Shown: in pieces, positions 1 to 11,970 of the stretch
Layout of the letters: each line of letters opens with the position of its first letter
Position numbering within the stretch: position 1 is the first letter of the stretch
Source of the DNA: Phoronis australis
Taxonomy: Eukaryota; Animalia; Phoronida
Direction: 5' to 3'
Assembly: GCA_002633005.1 (NCBI GenBank)
Contig: NMRA01000247.1
Coordinates: forward strand, 49,128 to 113,127
DNA length: 64,000 bases
Notes under the pieces: model-generated
The model's database searches: none
Told to the model about the DNA's origin: nothing
The model's input: the letters and a program-made list of their open reading frames with translations, nothing else
Translations under genes and position numbers: made by a program

Positions 1-655
1 AACTGGAATAGGTCAGGATCCTGTTTTCTTTTTGTTATTTTCAGCATCACCTAATGCCTTCCCAGCTGAAATGTCACCTAAGGTCAGCTTCAAGGGGCAG
101 GTTTCAAACTATGTGCGGTGTAGACTACGAGGGATTTTTACATTTTTTAGCCTTACCTTTTAGGGCATTGTTGTGTCTTTGCTATCCATGCCAGTGGAGA
201 GTAAATTACACAAATGACCCATCAAGAGAACCACATCTTGCTTCTGTTTTGACTTTCATTGACCCAACACTGAACATAGTCTGTGTGGGGTATTCATGTT
301 TGCACGATTGGAGAATGAAGACCAAGATGTGGGCCTTTTGTTAGGAGGTTTAGGTTAGTTTCAGTTGTTGCATAGAGAGTGCATGCACATCAAGTGACCC
401 ATGGTAAAAATTCACTCCAAGATAACCAGGGCTGTATTCCATATATAAAAGAATTTTGCGTGTTAAGGTGATGTAGTCTCATGCGTCTCTTGTAATGCAT
501 GTCAATTCTCCTAACAACTTGAGTGCAACTTTTTCCGCATTTTTTTTAAGTGAACATAGCCCAGGAATATGTAATTTTCGAAAAATAACATTCAAAGTGG
601 TAGCAGTTGTTTTTGTTTTTAAACAGAATTTAAATTTCTGTGTCTGTTTTTGCAG

Positions 656-770
656 TGTGGAGCTCCTAGAAGTCTTGCCAAACCTGGACTCTGTGTTTAT
701 GTCTGTAGGAGGTGGAGGCCTTGTCAGCGGTGTTGGTGCCTACCTGAAGTATGTCAAACCAAGCATCAAG
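656..770 (+). CDS. Threonine/serine dehydratase-racemase family (PALP, fold type II) gene, internal exon (upstream exons not identified in this window)
   Basis: Acceptor tttgcag at 649-655, donor gt at 771. Encodes VELLEVLPNLDSVFMSVGGGGLVSGVGAYLKYVKPSIK, with the PLP-phosphate-binding VGGGGL loop. Confidence 0.93.
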
Positions 771-2423
771 GTAGCTCTCATGGGTAATCACAGGCAATAC
801 TCACTCAATTGCTACTGGTGTGATTGTCATTCAGTTTGGAGACTGGCCTCCCAGTTTCACTGAAATAACTGATTGTGTACTTGGAAAGTGCAAAATTCAA
901 CACACACAAGGAAAATACATGCACAAACACTGGTTGCAGACCCTGCAGGATCTCTCTTTCATATTCGAGTTGTGCACACATATCCTCTATCGCCCGTACG
1001 ACAACAGGCAGGCCAATTATCTCCCAGGCATCAAAGGGTTACTGAAACCTAGCCACCTAGCAGAACTAATTTGGACACCAGGTACATGTAGAGGTTTCCA
1101 TCAACAACAATGAATAAACAATGGTAACCAAGATGTCATGTTTTCTCCTTTGTTAATAAGCATTTTATCAGCTTTGGTACTTGTACCAAGAAAGATTAAG
1201 CTTCAATTTTGGGTGGACTTCAGCAAGCATATCTGAGAAGTTGAGGTGCTCTCCAGCTGGTTTATTTAGTGAAGCTGCTCCGCCCACTCGTTTTGGAAGA
1301 ACTTTTGACGTATGGCTTTTGAGGATCACTTGTTCTAGATTTACCAAAAAACATACGCATAACTGAGCAACGGATCCCAGTGACATGTTTCATTAATAAA
1401 GCGGCACACTTGGCGTAGCTGACCCTGTGAGCGTGAATGTATTCGTTATGAGAACCAGTAGTTAAAATTACACATTCTGTTGTCTAAAACTTAATTTGCG
1501 AAAGCATGTGTACTAAAAATTACTCGTCACATTTATTAATACATTTTAAGGCTGTAATGTCTTGCTGAGCCTCTATTCAGATTACTTTCCCCTGTTGCTG
1601 AGCTAAGTAGGTCATCACTCTTGTTGTGCACTGGGCTGTTAGGAATATGTCACCCTGACTAATGACCTAACAATTTTAAATTGGAAATTTGATGGGAAAC
1701 TGTTAATTTCACTGAAAAGAACCCAACATAAAAGTAGTTTTGAACTTAATTGAGATTTTCACCATTGTAAATAGCTTTAAGTTTGTGAAAATAAACTGAT
1801 CCAGTCATCCTCCCAGGTCTGGCTTGAGCCATATAATGAAACTATAGGTCTACACTTATATGTACATAAACCTGTCAATATCTCCCGAACTAGTAATCAC
1901 AGTCTTATGGTTTAAATCAGAGGAACATAGAGGAAACTGTGAAATATGGAATGCTCATGCTCACATATCTAAACAACATTCAGGGCTCTCGCAATTTCTA
2001 AATGAAAATCACGATTAAGTGTCTTGGGAGGAGTGCCCTCTCCTAGGGATCTCAGCTGCAGCTTATCATAGTGAATTGACCCGCTGACCTCGCCTAGTGC
2101 AGGATAAGGGTTAAAGTCATTAGTTTGACTGGATCTATAAAACAATCAAATCAGTTGTATTCTTGTGATATTATCACAAACTGCCAATTCTCACTGTTGT
2201 TCGAGTCAAGCAGACATTTGCTGATATGAAGGCGACTTTTGCTTAAATACGCTAGAATATCCTGCAAGTTACCTAGCGGGATTTAGTTCAGCCAACAGAA
2301 AGTTTTGGCTGTGATGTGAGACTTTAAGATTCGATTTGCTGGTGAGCTGATCTCAGAAAAAAGTTTTCCTGCGATATTGTCTCTTTAATGGTTATTGAAT
2401 GATCTTGAATTGTGTATAATTAG

Positions 2424-2549
2424 GTAATTGGTGTACAGGCTTACCATTCCAAAGCCATGCACCAGGCAGTGAGAGCTGGACAGATAGTAGACAGTGAGGA
2501 GCTTGATACTTTCTCCGATGGCACAGCAGGGAATCTAGAAGTTGATTGT
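2424..2549 (+). CDS. Threonine/serine dehydratase family gene, internal exon
   Basis: tag acceptor, gtaagt donor, 126 nt, phase 0-0. Encodes VIGVQAYHSKAMHQAVRAGQIVDSEELDTFSDGTAGNLEVDC (TxxDG motif). Confidence 0.92.
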
Positions 2550-2968
2550 GTAAGTGCATTTTCAGGGCACATTGACATGGCTTCATTATTAATATGCATG
2601 AGTATATTAGAGAGTGGGGGAACTTAGAAGAAACTGTTGGAACATTGTTAAAGTTTCTGTTCTGGTTGATATGCAGTGTAATCTTCACAATAAATAATCC
2701 TGTTAGTGTTTATTAGACAATGGTGAATTGACCTAATTGCTGGATCTGAGTCCAGCAAATTAGATAGCTAAATTCAAAATATACAGAAATTTTCATGTTA
2801 TACATCGAAATGAATTATGACCTTTGATTAGTTGACAAAAAATCCTGGAAGCCATGTGTCCTTACATTCTTTAAAAATAACTATGAAAAAAATAACCATG
2901 TCCATGAGAAATCTGGTCTGTGATTATTGAGAATGCAAGTGGGCCTGTAAGTGACATATGGAATTTTT

Positions 2969-5390
2969 ATGCGCACACATATTTATATGTCGGTGCATTA
3001 TGTTGTCATCCCTGTCCATCTGTCCGACGTGTGGCGTCCACTGCTCTAACCTCCAAAACCCTTTGACATTTTGCACATGTGTAGATGAGATAGCATGAGG
3101 AAACTTTCGGACGGATCCAACTACCAGTGTGCCCCCTAGCGGCAATTTTAGTTTTTTACGATTACCTCGGTATCCTCAAGGGTACTCTACGGATTTTCAT
3201 AAACTTTGGCAGATAGGCATCTATTGGTGTGCTGACGCTACCCTCTCGCTTTTGGATGGATTTGAATTATTTTACACAACCTAGTGACCATTTTATGTGC
3301 CTACACATAAACGTGCTGTCATCCCCATCCATTCAGTGTTCATTGCTCTATCTTCAAAAGCCTTTCCTGCATAATCATGAAATTTTGTAGATATGTTCTT
3401 TTTATAGATCGGATAGCACGAGTAAATTTTTGGATGGATCCGACCACTAGTGTGTCCCCTAGGGGCAGTTTTATTTCTTGTGTTTACCTCTGTATCTTTG
3501 GAGGTCCTCAACGGATTTTCATTAAATTTGGTAGATAAGCATCTATTAGTGAGATGATGCCATCCTTCCATTTTCATATAGATTCCATGTATTCTGTCCC
3601 ACCCAGTGGCCATTTTTATGCGCCCACATATTTATATGTGGATGCATTATGCCATCATCTGTGTCCGTACATCCGTCCGTCCGGGCGGCATCCGTCCGGC
3701 ATCCGGCGTCCGCTGCTCTATCTCCAAAACCGATTGGGGTTTGTTCATGAAATTTTGCAGACGTGTTCCTTTCATGGATGGGAACTTTCGGACGAATCCG
3801 ACTACCGGTGTGCCCCCTAGTGGCAATTTTAGTTTTTTACATTTACCTCTGTATCTTCAAAGGTCCTCAACGTATTTTCATAAATTTTGGTATATAGGCA
3901 CCTATTAGTGAGACACGGTATCCTCTTGTTTTCTAATGAATTCAACGTAGTTTGCGCCACCTAGTGGCCATTTTTACTGTTTTCGAGTCTGTTGTTTGAC
4001 GTCCACCCATCTATCAACCAAACCGCTTTAAGCATGATTGTGTAAATTGGCATGTATGTTCTTACTATGAAGAGGACGGTTGACGATTTTCCGATGACTT
4101 TAACTACTGTGGCGCCTCCTAGGGGTAATTTTGTTTTTTTGCACCTATGGCTATATCTCCTAAACCGTTCGCAGCATCTTTACTAAATTTAGTAAGTGCA
4201 TTTATATGATGTTGACAATCGACGACGAGGAGTTTTGAATAGATCTGAGAACTGGTGTACCACCTAGTGGCACATTTATTATTTTTTTACGTTTACCTCT
4301 GTATCTTTAAAAGTCCTCAACATAATTTCATAAAAGTTGGCGCACAGGCTTCTGATAGTGAGGTGACACTATCTTTCTGTTTTCAGATGGATTCAACCTA
4401 GTTTGCACCACCTGGTGGCCAGTTTTACTGTTTTTAGACTGTTTTTTTGGTGTCCACCCCTCAATCAACCAAACCGCTTTCAGGATAATTGGGAAAATTG
4501 GCATGTATGTTTTTACTGTGATGTGGATGGCTGAGGATGATTTTCCGATGACTTCGACTTCTGTGGCGCCTCCTAGTGGCAGTTTCTTTTTTTGCACCTA
4601 TGGCTGTATCTCCTAAACCGTTTGCAAGATCTTTACTAAATGTAAGAAGCGTGTTTATATGATGTTGACAACGGACGACGATAATTTTGGGATGGATCTG
4701 GCTACTGGTATGCCCCCTGATGGCAATTTTAGTTTTACGTATACCTCTGTATCTTCAAGAGTCCTCAACAGATTTTCATCAAATTTTGAATACTATTGGT
4801 GAGATGACGCTATCCTTCCATTTTCGCATGAAATCAAGGTACTTTGCACCAGCTAGCGGCCAGTTTTGCTGTTTTCGAGTCTGCCTTTTTGTGTCTACCT
4901 CTCTATCAACCAAATCATTCTAAGGATGGTTTTGAAAATTGGCGTATATGTGCTTAGTGTGAAGAGGACGGTTGATGATGACGACTTTGACTACTCTGGC
5001 GCCACCTAGTGGTAGTTTTGTTTTGTTTTGCGCCAAAGCTGTATCTCCTAAACCCACAGCAGGATCTTTGTTAAATTTTGTAAGTGTATTTATATGAAGC
5101 TCACAACAGATAATGATGACTTTCAGGCGGATCCAATGAACACTGTGCCCCCTAGTGGCAATTTCATTTTATTCTGTTTTCCTTTGTTTCTCTGAAGTTC
5201 CGTGATGGATTTGTATGAAATTTGGTGTATCGCTTTCTAAAAGAAGTAACGACATGTTCCCATTTCCAGATGGATTGTTTGTTTTTGTGCCATCTAGTGG
5301 CCATTTTTATGACACAAATAAGCAACCCTAAAAGCACACCATTTGCGATGCATTCGTGGTTGCATTTCAACGCTCCGCATTGCTCTTGTT
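2969..5390 (+). mobile_element. HINE (non-autonomous Helentron/DINE-1-like) cluster: two older 5' segments (2969, 3295) plus a full nested copy 3618-5390
   Basis: 5' T-run + subTIR ATGCGCCCAC with nearby inverted copy, GTCC microsatellite, internal ~145-bp repeats, and 3' inverted subTIR plus hairpin AACGC-TCC-GC(A/G)TT-GCTCTTGTT. Confidence 0.85.
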
Positions 5391-5969
5391 ACTGCTTTTT
5401 TGAGTCTGGAAATCCGCTGGCAATGTTGAAAGAAACCATGCAGTTGAAGGCAATCAAATATTTGTGGACAAAGTAGACTCGTGATGTTATGGTGCTTGCT
5501 TAGATAAGTTGTCTATGTACCGTCTACATTGGGGGTTCCATTAGGTAGTATTCTGCTTCTCATTCGTTCTTGGCTGGGTACATCTTAATGAGCATTTACC
5601 AGCTTGATGGCTCATAACCAGAAGAAACCTGTTGGAAATGTAGGAGAGCCAAGCGTCATCATACTGCTCTTGGCATGTCCCCCTGTATTAGGTAGAAATT
5701 CACTATTGTTTGATAATGTGATCTGAATTGCCATTGATACCAGAGGTCCATCTAGACTGCCCAATCGTGTGTTTAGTAACCCCTTCAATTCTTCGTTAGT
5801 GCTGTAATACCAGCCTTCATTCTATTGCTCAGTGGTAACTGAAACTAATTTATGAGTGCATGAATTGTACTAGGTTTTGGCACAATATTTCACCATCATT
5901 TGAGCTGTCTCAACTGACAGCATTTGACTCGTCATCTAGACTGATTCTACTTTGTATATTTGATAACAG

Positions 5970-6071
5970 ATTACACTTGATATTTGTCGACAAGTTGTTG
6001 ATGACTGGGTCTTGTGCACGGAGGAGGAGATAGCATACGGTGTCTACTTCATGTTGGAGAAACATAAAAAG
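5970..6071 (+). CDS. Threonine/serine dehydratase family gene, internal exon
   Basis: cag acceptor, gt donor, 102 nt, phase 0-0. Encodes ITLDICRQVVDDWVLCTEEEIAYGVYFMLEKHKK. Confidence 0.92.
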
Positions 6072-6879
6072 GTTTGTAGTCATTAATTGTGGAATTTGGA
6101 CCTCATCTGAGTTTATCTTATGTTAGATAATTCTGAATGCCACGAGTATTGGATAGTGTAGTTTAAACTGACTAAAGATCTCATATTGTCATTGCGTGCA
6201 ATGTTGAGATTATCCTTTCTCCTAATTTTGGTTGTAGAAATCTTGTGGTCTCTCACAAATATTATCCTGAATAATTCTAACTGATGATGAGCACCATAGA
6301 TGCAAGACAGTTGTGTGTACAACTAGTATGATTACATGTTTTGCTCGTTATATGTACTGATATTTCGCGAAGAGTGACATGATCTTGTTTTCCAAGACTG
6401 AATCATGACCTTCATCTACATTACCATCTCTCTCAGCATCGCTACCATTGTCATCTGCCTCTGTTTTGACTTGAGCCTCTGTAATGAGCGGAGGTGGCAT
6501 TCGTTTTACCATTGAACCATATGGTGCCAAATTTGCCCATCTATTGGGTGTTTTGTTCAGGATATCGTGAACCTTGTCAGTTGTTGATATTGTTATTCCA
6601 TACACGGAAAGGTTTGACATCAAAACAGTTATGAAGCTTCAGGAGACCATTAGAAAATTAGCCATCCATTCAAAGATAAAACGAGAGCGCTCGGAGGAGC
6701 GACACTCGGTGTTGTAGAACACTGTCAGAGAAACAAACACTGATCTCTTCATCACCACTTTGACACCTAGTGTTTAGAAAAGCAAAAGAGCTCTTTACAC
6801 ATTTTTAAGTGACTGTATAGCTAATCAAAAAGCAGACAGAAACGCAAGGCAAAATTTTCTCGAACATGCCTCCTCTCCT

Positions 6880-7110
6880 CTGTCACCAGTGTTACTATCA
6901 ATGTGTAGCAGTGATGGCATGATGCCTCTTATGAATATAAGCAAATTGTTCTCACTTTTGAAAGGCGCTGTGAGTGACCATGGAAGATCATTGTTTGTTG
7001 ATGACCATATCTTTGACGGCAATTTCCAGAAGTGTATTTGTTGCAAAGCTATGGAGGTACTGCTCATCACCAATTCCTAGACAAACTAGCCCACCAATGG
7101 ATGGGAAGAT
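6880..7110 (-). pseudogene. Possible hAT transposase dimerisation-domain remnant
   Basis: Pieces in different frames: PIHWWASL, LHSFAT, TSG, KIWSS, SQRLSK. Requires several frameshifts. Confidence 0.3.
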
Positions 7111-8285
7111 GTCAACAGTGAACTTTGCTTCATTTAGTTATTCAGAGGAAGAGCTTTTGTGATTGTTTTTGTTGTACTTAAACCTTTGATAGATAATTTG
7201 TAGGTTCTTAGTTATGAACCCCAGAGGTTTTCATGTCGCAAATTGAATTTTTGTTCCCTTGAAATAATGTTTTAGTCTCCGCTGTCTTATCTAAAAACCC
7301 TTGGAACATTCGCGTCATAATTTGTGTATATGGTGTCCAGAACTCCTAAACTATCTTTGCTAAAGAGTGTTTGTCAGAATAAATCATTAATTGATCATTA
7401 ATTAGTAGGTGTCTTAATTATTTACAGTGCATATCGGTTTATTTACCTCTTCATATGTTTCATGTTAATTCCTATGTCTTAAACAAAGGAGAGTCAGCAA
7501 TTGGTCGGACATCAAAACCATTAGTTGGGACTTCCACCTTCCAAACCAGTTGACTGTACTGCAAAGCCAAATGGTCGGTGATCAAAACGCGATGGTCTCA
7601 CCCAAAAAACTAGTTGGCTGGACCAATGACACAATGGCCGGTGCTGTTATCAGTTTGCTGGTGATCAAACATGAGCTTCTTCAGAAACTAGCTTTGAAAG
7701 TAGAGTGACGGATTTTGATGAAATTTGGTACAAGGGTGTATGGCATCAGTAGATTGATTCATGCCACTTTTCAATTGGCCTTGTCCCCCAGGGTCAGGGG
7801 TGCGTGGCTTAATATCTAGTTTTTGGCAGAGCTTTTGTAGATGATATCTAGAAAGTGGATTGACAGATTTCAACCTTGACAGAAACGTGTGCAAATTCAA
7901 TATGCCCGCATGAGTAAATTTTGGATAAATTTTACAACTGTAGCACCTTCTAGTGGCCATTTTGTTCTCGACAAGGGCTTTGCAAGTGTTGTTTGGGGAA
8001 GAGTAGAGTCCAGATGATTTCTAGAGAACCGATTATCGAATGTCAATGAATCTTGACAGAGAGGTATATGATGAGATTGTGCTCGCACAATTTGAGTATC
8101 GGCAGATTTCGATAAGTACATTGCCTTCTCGTGGCCACTTTGTGTGAGAAAAATGATTTAATGATTTCAATGAAATTTGACACAGGGTTTGTATTGACAT
8201 AGTGCTGGCAAAATTACATTTTTTGGCGGATTCAACTACTGTTGTGCCTCCTAGTGGCCATTTTGTTATTGACAAGTGCTTTTTT

Positions 8286-9445
8286 ATGCGCCCACATATT
8301 TATATGTGGACGCATTATGCCGTCATCTCTGTCCGTCCGTCCGGGCGGCGTCCGCTGCTCTATCTCCAAAACCCGTTGACGTACGTTCATGAAATTTGGC
8401 ACATATGTTCCATTCATGAATGAGACGGCATGTGCGAACTTTCGGACGGATCCGACTACCGGTGTGCCCCCTAGTGGCAATTTTAGATTTTTACGCTTAC
8501 CTTTGTATCTTCAAAAGTCCTGAACGAATTTTCATGAAATTTGGTATGTAGGCACGTATTAGTGAGATGACGCTNNNNNNNNNNNNNNNNNNNNNNNNNN
8601 NNNNNNNNNNNNNNNNNNNNNNNNNNNNNNNNNNNNNNNNNNNNNNNNNNNNNNNNNNNNNNNNNNNNNNNNNNNNNNNNNNNNNNNNNNNNNNNNNNNN
8701 NNNNNNNNNNNNNNNNNNNNNNNNNNNNNNNNNNNNNNNNNNNNNNNNNNNNNNNNNNNNNNNNNNNNNNNNNNNNNNNNNNNNNNNNNNNNNNNNNNNN
8801 NNNNNNNNNNNNNNNNNNNNNNNNNNNNNNNNNNNNNNNNNNNNNNNNNNNNNNNNNNNNNNNNNNNNNNNNNNNNNNNNNNNNNNNNNNNNNNNNNNNN
8901 NNNNNNNNNNNNNNNNNNNNNNNNNNNNNNNNNNNNNNNNNNNNNNNNNNNNNNNNNNNNNNNNNNNNNNNNNNNNNNNNNNNNNNNNNNNNNNNNNNNN
9001 NNNNNNNNNNNNNNNNNNNNNNNNNNNNNNNNNNNNNNNNNNNNNNNNNNNNNNNNNNNNNNNNNNNNNNNNNNNNNNNNNNNNNNNNNNNNNNNNNNNN
9101 NNNNNNNNNNNNNNNNNNNNNNNNNNNNNNNNNNNNNNNNNNNNNNNNNNNNNNNNNNNNNNNNNNNNNNNNNNNNNNNNNNNNNNNNNNNNNNNNNNNN
9201 NNNNNNNNNNTTTCTGTGGTGCTTTAAGCAACTGGTGTATAGGATGTGCTTGTATTATGAAGATTACTCACATTTTGCCCCTAGCCTATTGAGGAGACAA
9301 TGACCATGCCTTTCCATTTTGCAAAGTACAACATACTACATATATGCCCTCTACTGGCCACTTTATGGTACCAATAAACAACCCTAGAAGGATACCGTAT
9401 GCGGTGCAGTTGTGGGCGCATTTCATCGCTCTGCGTTGCTCTTGT
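8286..9445 (+). mobile_element. HINE copy nested in the older array, interrupted by an assembly gap
   Basis: Intact 5' end tttttATGCGCCCACatatttatatGTGGACGCAT at 8286; 3' end gtgggcgcat-ttcatcgctctgcgttgctcttgt at about 9412-9445. Confidence 0.75.
8575..9210. other. Assembly gap
   Basis: N run. Confidence 1.
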
Positions 9446-11562
9446 AATAGTTGTTTGTAGAAGAGTGTTTCTGGATGATATCTAAAGAACCAGTTGATGG
9501 ATTTCATTGAAACCTCACACAAATTTAAATAAGAATCCACTTGCAACATTTGAATTTTGGCGGAATTCAACTATTGCAGTGCCTCTTTGTAGATTTTTTG
9601 TGAGAGTGATGACATGTAGAAAACCAAGTAAAGGGTTTCGATGGAAGTTGACCCAGGTTTGTGATATCAATGCGGCAGCACCATTAACTTTGCAAGCGAA
9701 TTTGACCTCTGTAGCCCCTCCTAATGGCCATTTTGTTCTTGACATTAGGTTTTGAAGTGTTGTTTGGGAGACGTTTGTTTCTGGATCATATCTAAAGAAC
9801 CAATTGACGAATTTCAATGAAACATGACGCAAATATATTGCATCAGCACCATTTGATTTTGGGCTAGATTCAAGAATGGCAGTGCTTCCTAGTGGCCATT
9901 TTGTGTGATAGAGTTACCAGATGATATGTAGAGAACTGAGTAGAGGATTTTAATGAATGTTGATACGTTCAGGCCTACAAGTGTTGTTTGGAGGAAGAGC
10001 GTTTCGGGATGATATCTAAAAAATCGATTGGATTTTTTATTAAAACTACACATACTAGGTATATTATGGAATTGTGCCGACACCATTCCATTCTACAGCT
10101 GCAGCACCACCTAGTGGCCATTTCATTTAAGAGTGTTCCTGCATGACTTGTAGAAAACAGGTTGATGGATTTGAGTGAAAGTTGGCACTGAGGTATGTTA
10201 TAATGTGGCACATTACAAAATTTTCAAGTTGATTTGACCTTTGTAACTCATCCTAAGTGGCCTTTTAGTTTTGGACATGAGTATTTTCAATTTTTGTTTG
10301 ATGGAAGAGCTTTTCTGGGTTATATTTAAAAAACCAATCGTCGGATTTCATTTGAACATAACAGAGGAGTATGTTATGAGATTGTGCCAGCACCATTTAA
10401 TTTTCGGGTGGATTTGACTACTGCAGAGCGTTTTTGTGTCCATTTTGGCTGAGAGTGTCTCAAGATGATATACAGAGAACCAATGAAGGATTTCAATGAA
10501 ATTTGAGGTACATAATGTCAATGTGTGGGCATCATTAAAGTTCTGGGCAGACGTGACAACTGTAGCACCTCTGAGTGGCCATTCAGTTCTTGTCAAGGGG
10601 CTTTTCAAGTGCTGTTAGGGGGAAGTGCAACTACAAGATATTGAGAGAACCAACTGATGGATTTCGATATAACTCGACTCAGAGGTGAACGGTGTCAATA
10701 CACCGGCATCGTTTAATTTTGGGATATTGACCTCTGCAGCACTCCCTACTAGTTCAAAAACTAGTGCGGCGATCGTCTGGTTTTTGATCTTATTGTGGCC
10801 AAAAACTGATTTATCCTACTAGTTATTCTGAGGAAGAACTTTGTGAATGTTATCTTTGAACCTATTGCTGGATTTTAATGAAAGTTCACTGTAGTATTTG
10901 ATATTAATGCGCCATTAACATTTATTTACATTTTGTGCAGATTTGAATACTACCAACAGCTCCCCTTAGTGACCGTTTTGATGTCAAGGGGTTTTCATAT
11001 GTTGTGGGAATAACAGTTTTGGATGATGTGTAAAAAACGATTAACTGATGTCAGGGAAACTAGACACAGACATGAGATTATCATTGTGCTGGACGTTTGT
11101 TTTTGTGGTGGATTTGTCCACTGCAGCATCATGAGAAGGAGCTTTTCTTTTCAAGTGTTGTTTAGGGGATGAGTGTTTCTGGATGGCGTGCAGAAAGCTG
11201 GCAAATTTCAGTGAAACTTTACATGTATTTATATATGATGACCATGTGCCTGCACAATTTTGTTCCCTGACAAGGAGTATTTCAAGTGTTGTTTAAAGGA
11301 AGAGCGTTTCTGGGTTATATCTAAGCAACTGATTGACAGAATTCAATAAAACTCAAGCTGGCACTATTTAATTTTCGATTTTATTCGATTACTGCTGCAC
11401 CTCCGTTTATTCAACTGCTGCAGCATTTTCTAGTGCTGCTTAGAAACATATATGCAAATCACTGTAGGTGCATGTCAACCTCACAGCGTTGCTCTTGTTT
11501 CAGTTTTCACTCATTCAGTACGTTATGGTACATCTCAAATTCCATCTCATTTTTCTTACCAG

Positions 11563-11706
11563 GTGGTAGAAGGCGCTGCTGGTTTAGCCATTGCCGGCTA
11601 TCTCAAAATGAAAGACAACTTGGCAGGACAGAATGTGGCTATCGTGATTTGCGGATCGAGTATAGGGATGTCTTCTTTAAAGAAAATCCTCAACATGTTT
11701 GCATGA
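11563..11706 (+). CDS. Threonine/serine dehydratase family gene, terminal coding exon
   Basis: ttttcttaccag acceptor. Encodes VVEGAAGLAIAGYLKMKDNLAGQNVAIVICGSSIGMSSLKKILNMFA*, in frame with the previous exon. Confidence 0.93.
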   Translation: MVEGAAGLAIAGYLKMKDNLAGQNVAIVICGSSIGMSSLKKILNMFA

Positions 11707-11970
11707 CAGCTTGGGAGGTGAATGGACCAGCAACTGCATGTCACAATGGACAATACAGCAGCATGAAGGTTAATGATTGCATGTCCATGGTACATACCAA
11801 ATTAAGTAATCAGGCAAAATACTAATTCTGTTATCATGAAATATACTGGTAATGACTATTATGCCTGCATAATTCTAATTTCATAATGGATTAGCCACCA
11901 TTTAATTACACTGCATTCTTGGTCATAAAGGAAGTCTACTCTGATGATGAATTTGCCAGTTGTCATTTTT

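Larger units (their letters stand above)
7680..11430 (+). repeat. Older diverged tandem-repeat array (second family) with recurrent CCTAGTGGCCATTT core
   Basis: Recurring units (tctagagaacc...gatttcaatgaaa...cctagtggccattttg...caagtgttgttt) with cores near 7945, 8125, 8246, 9715, 9885, 10105, 10250, 10566 and 10962. Boundaries approximate. Confidence 0.7.

Noticed and set aside
6348-6623. 91-aa ORF with acidic stretch (and the 1168-1386 ORF)
   Set aside because: No recognisable domain or splice context; both are intronic and antisense to the dehydratase gene.
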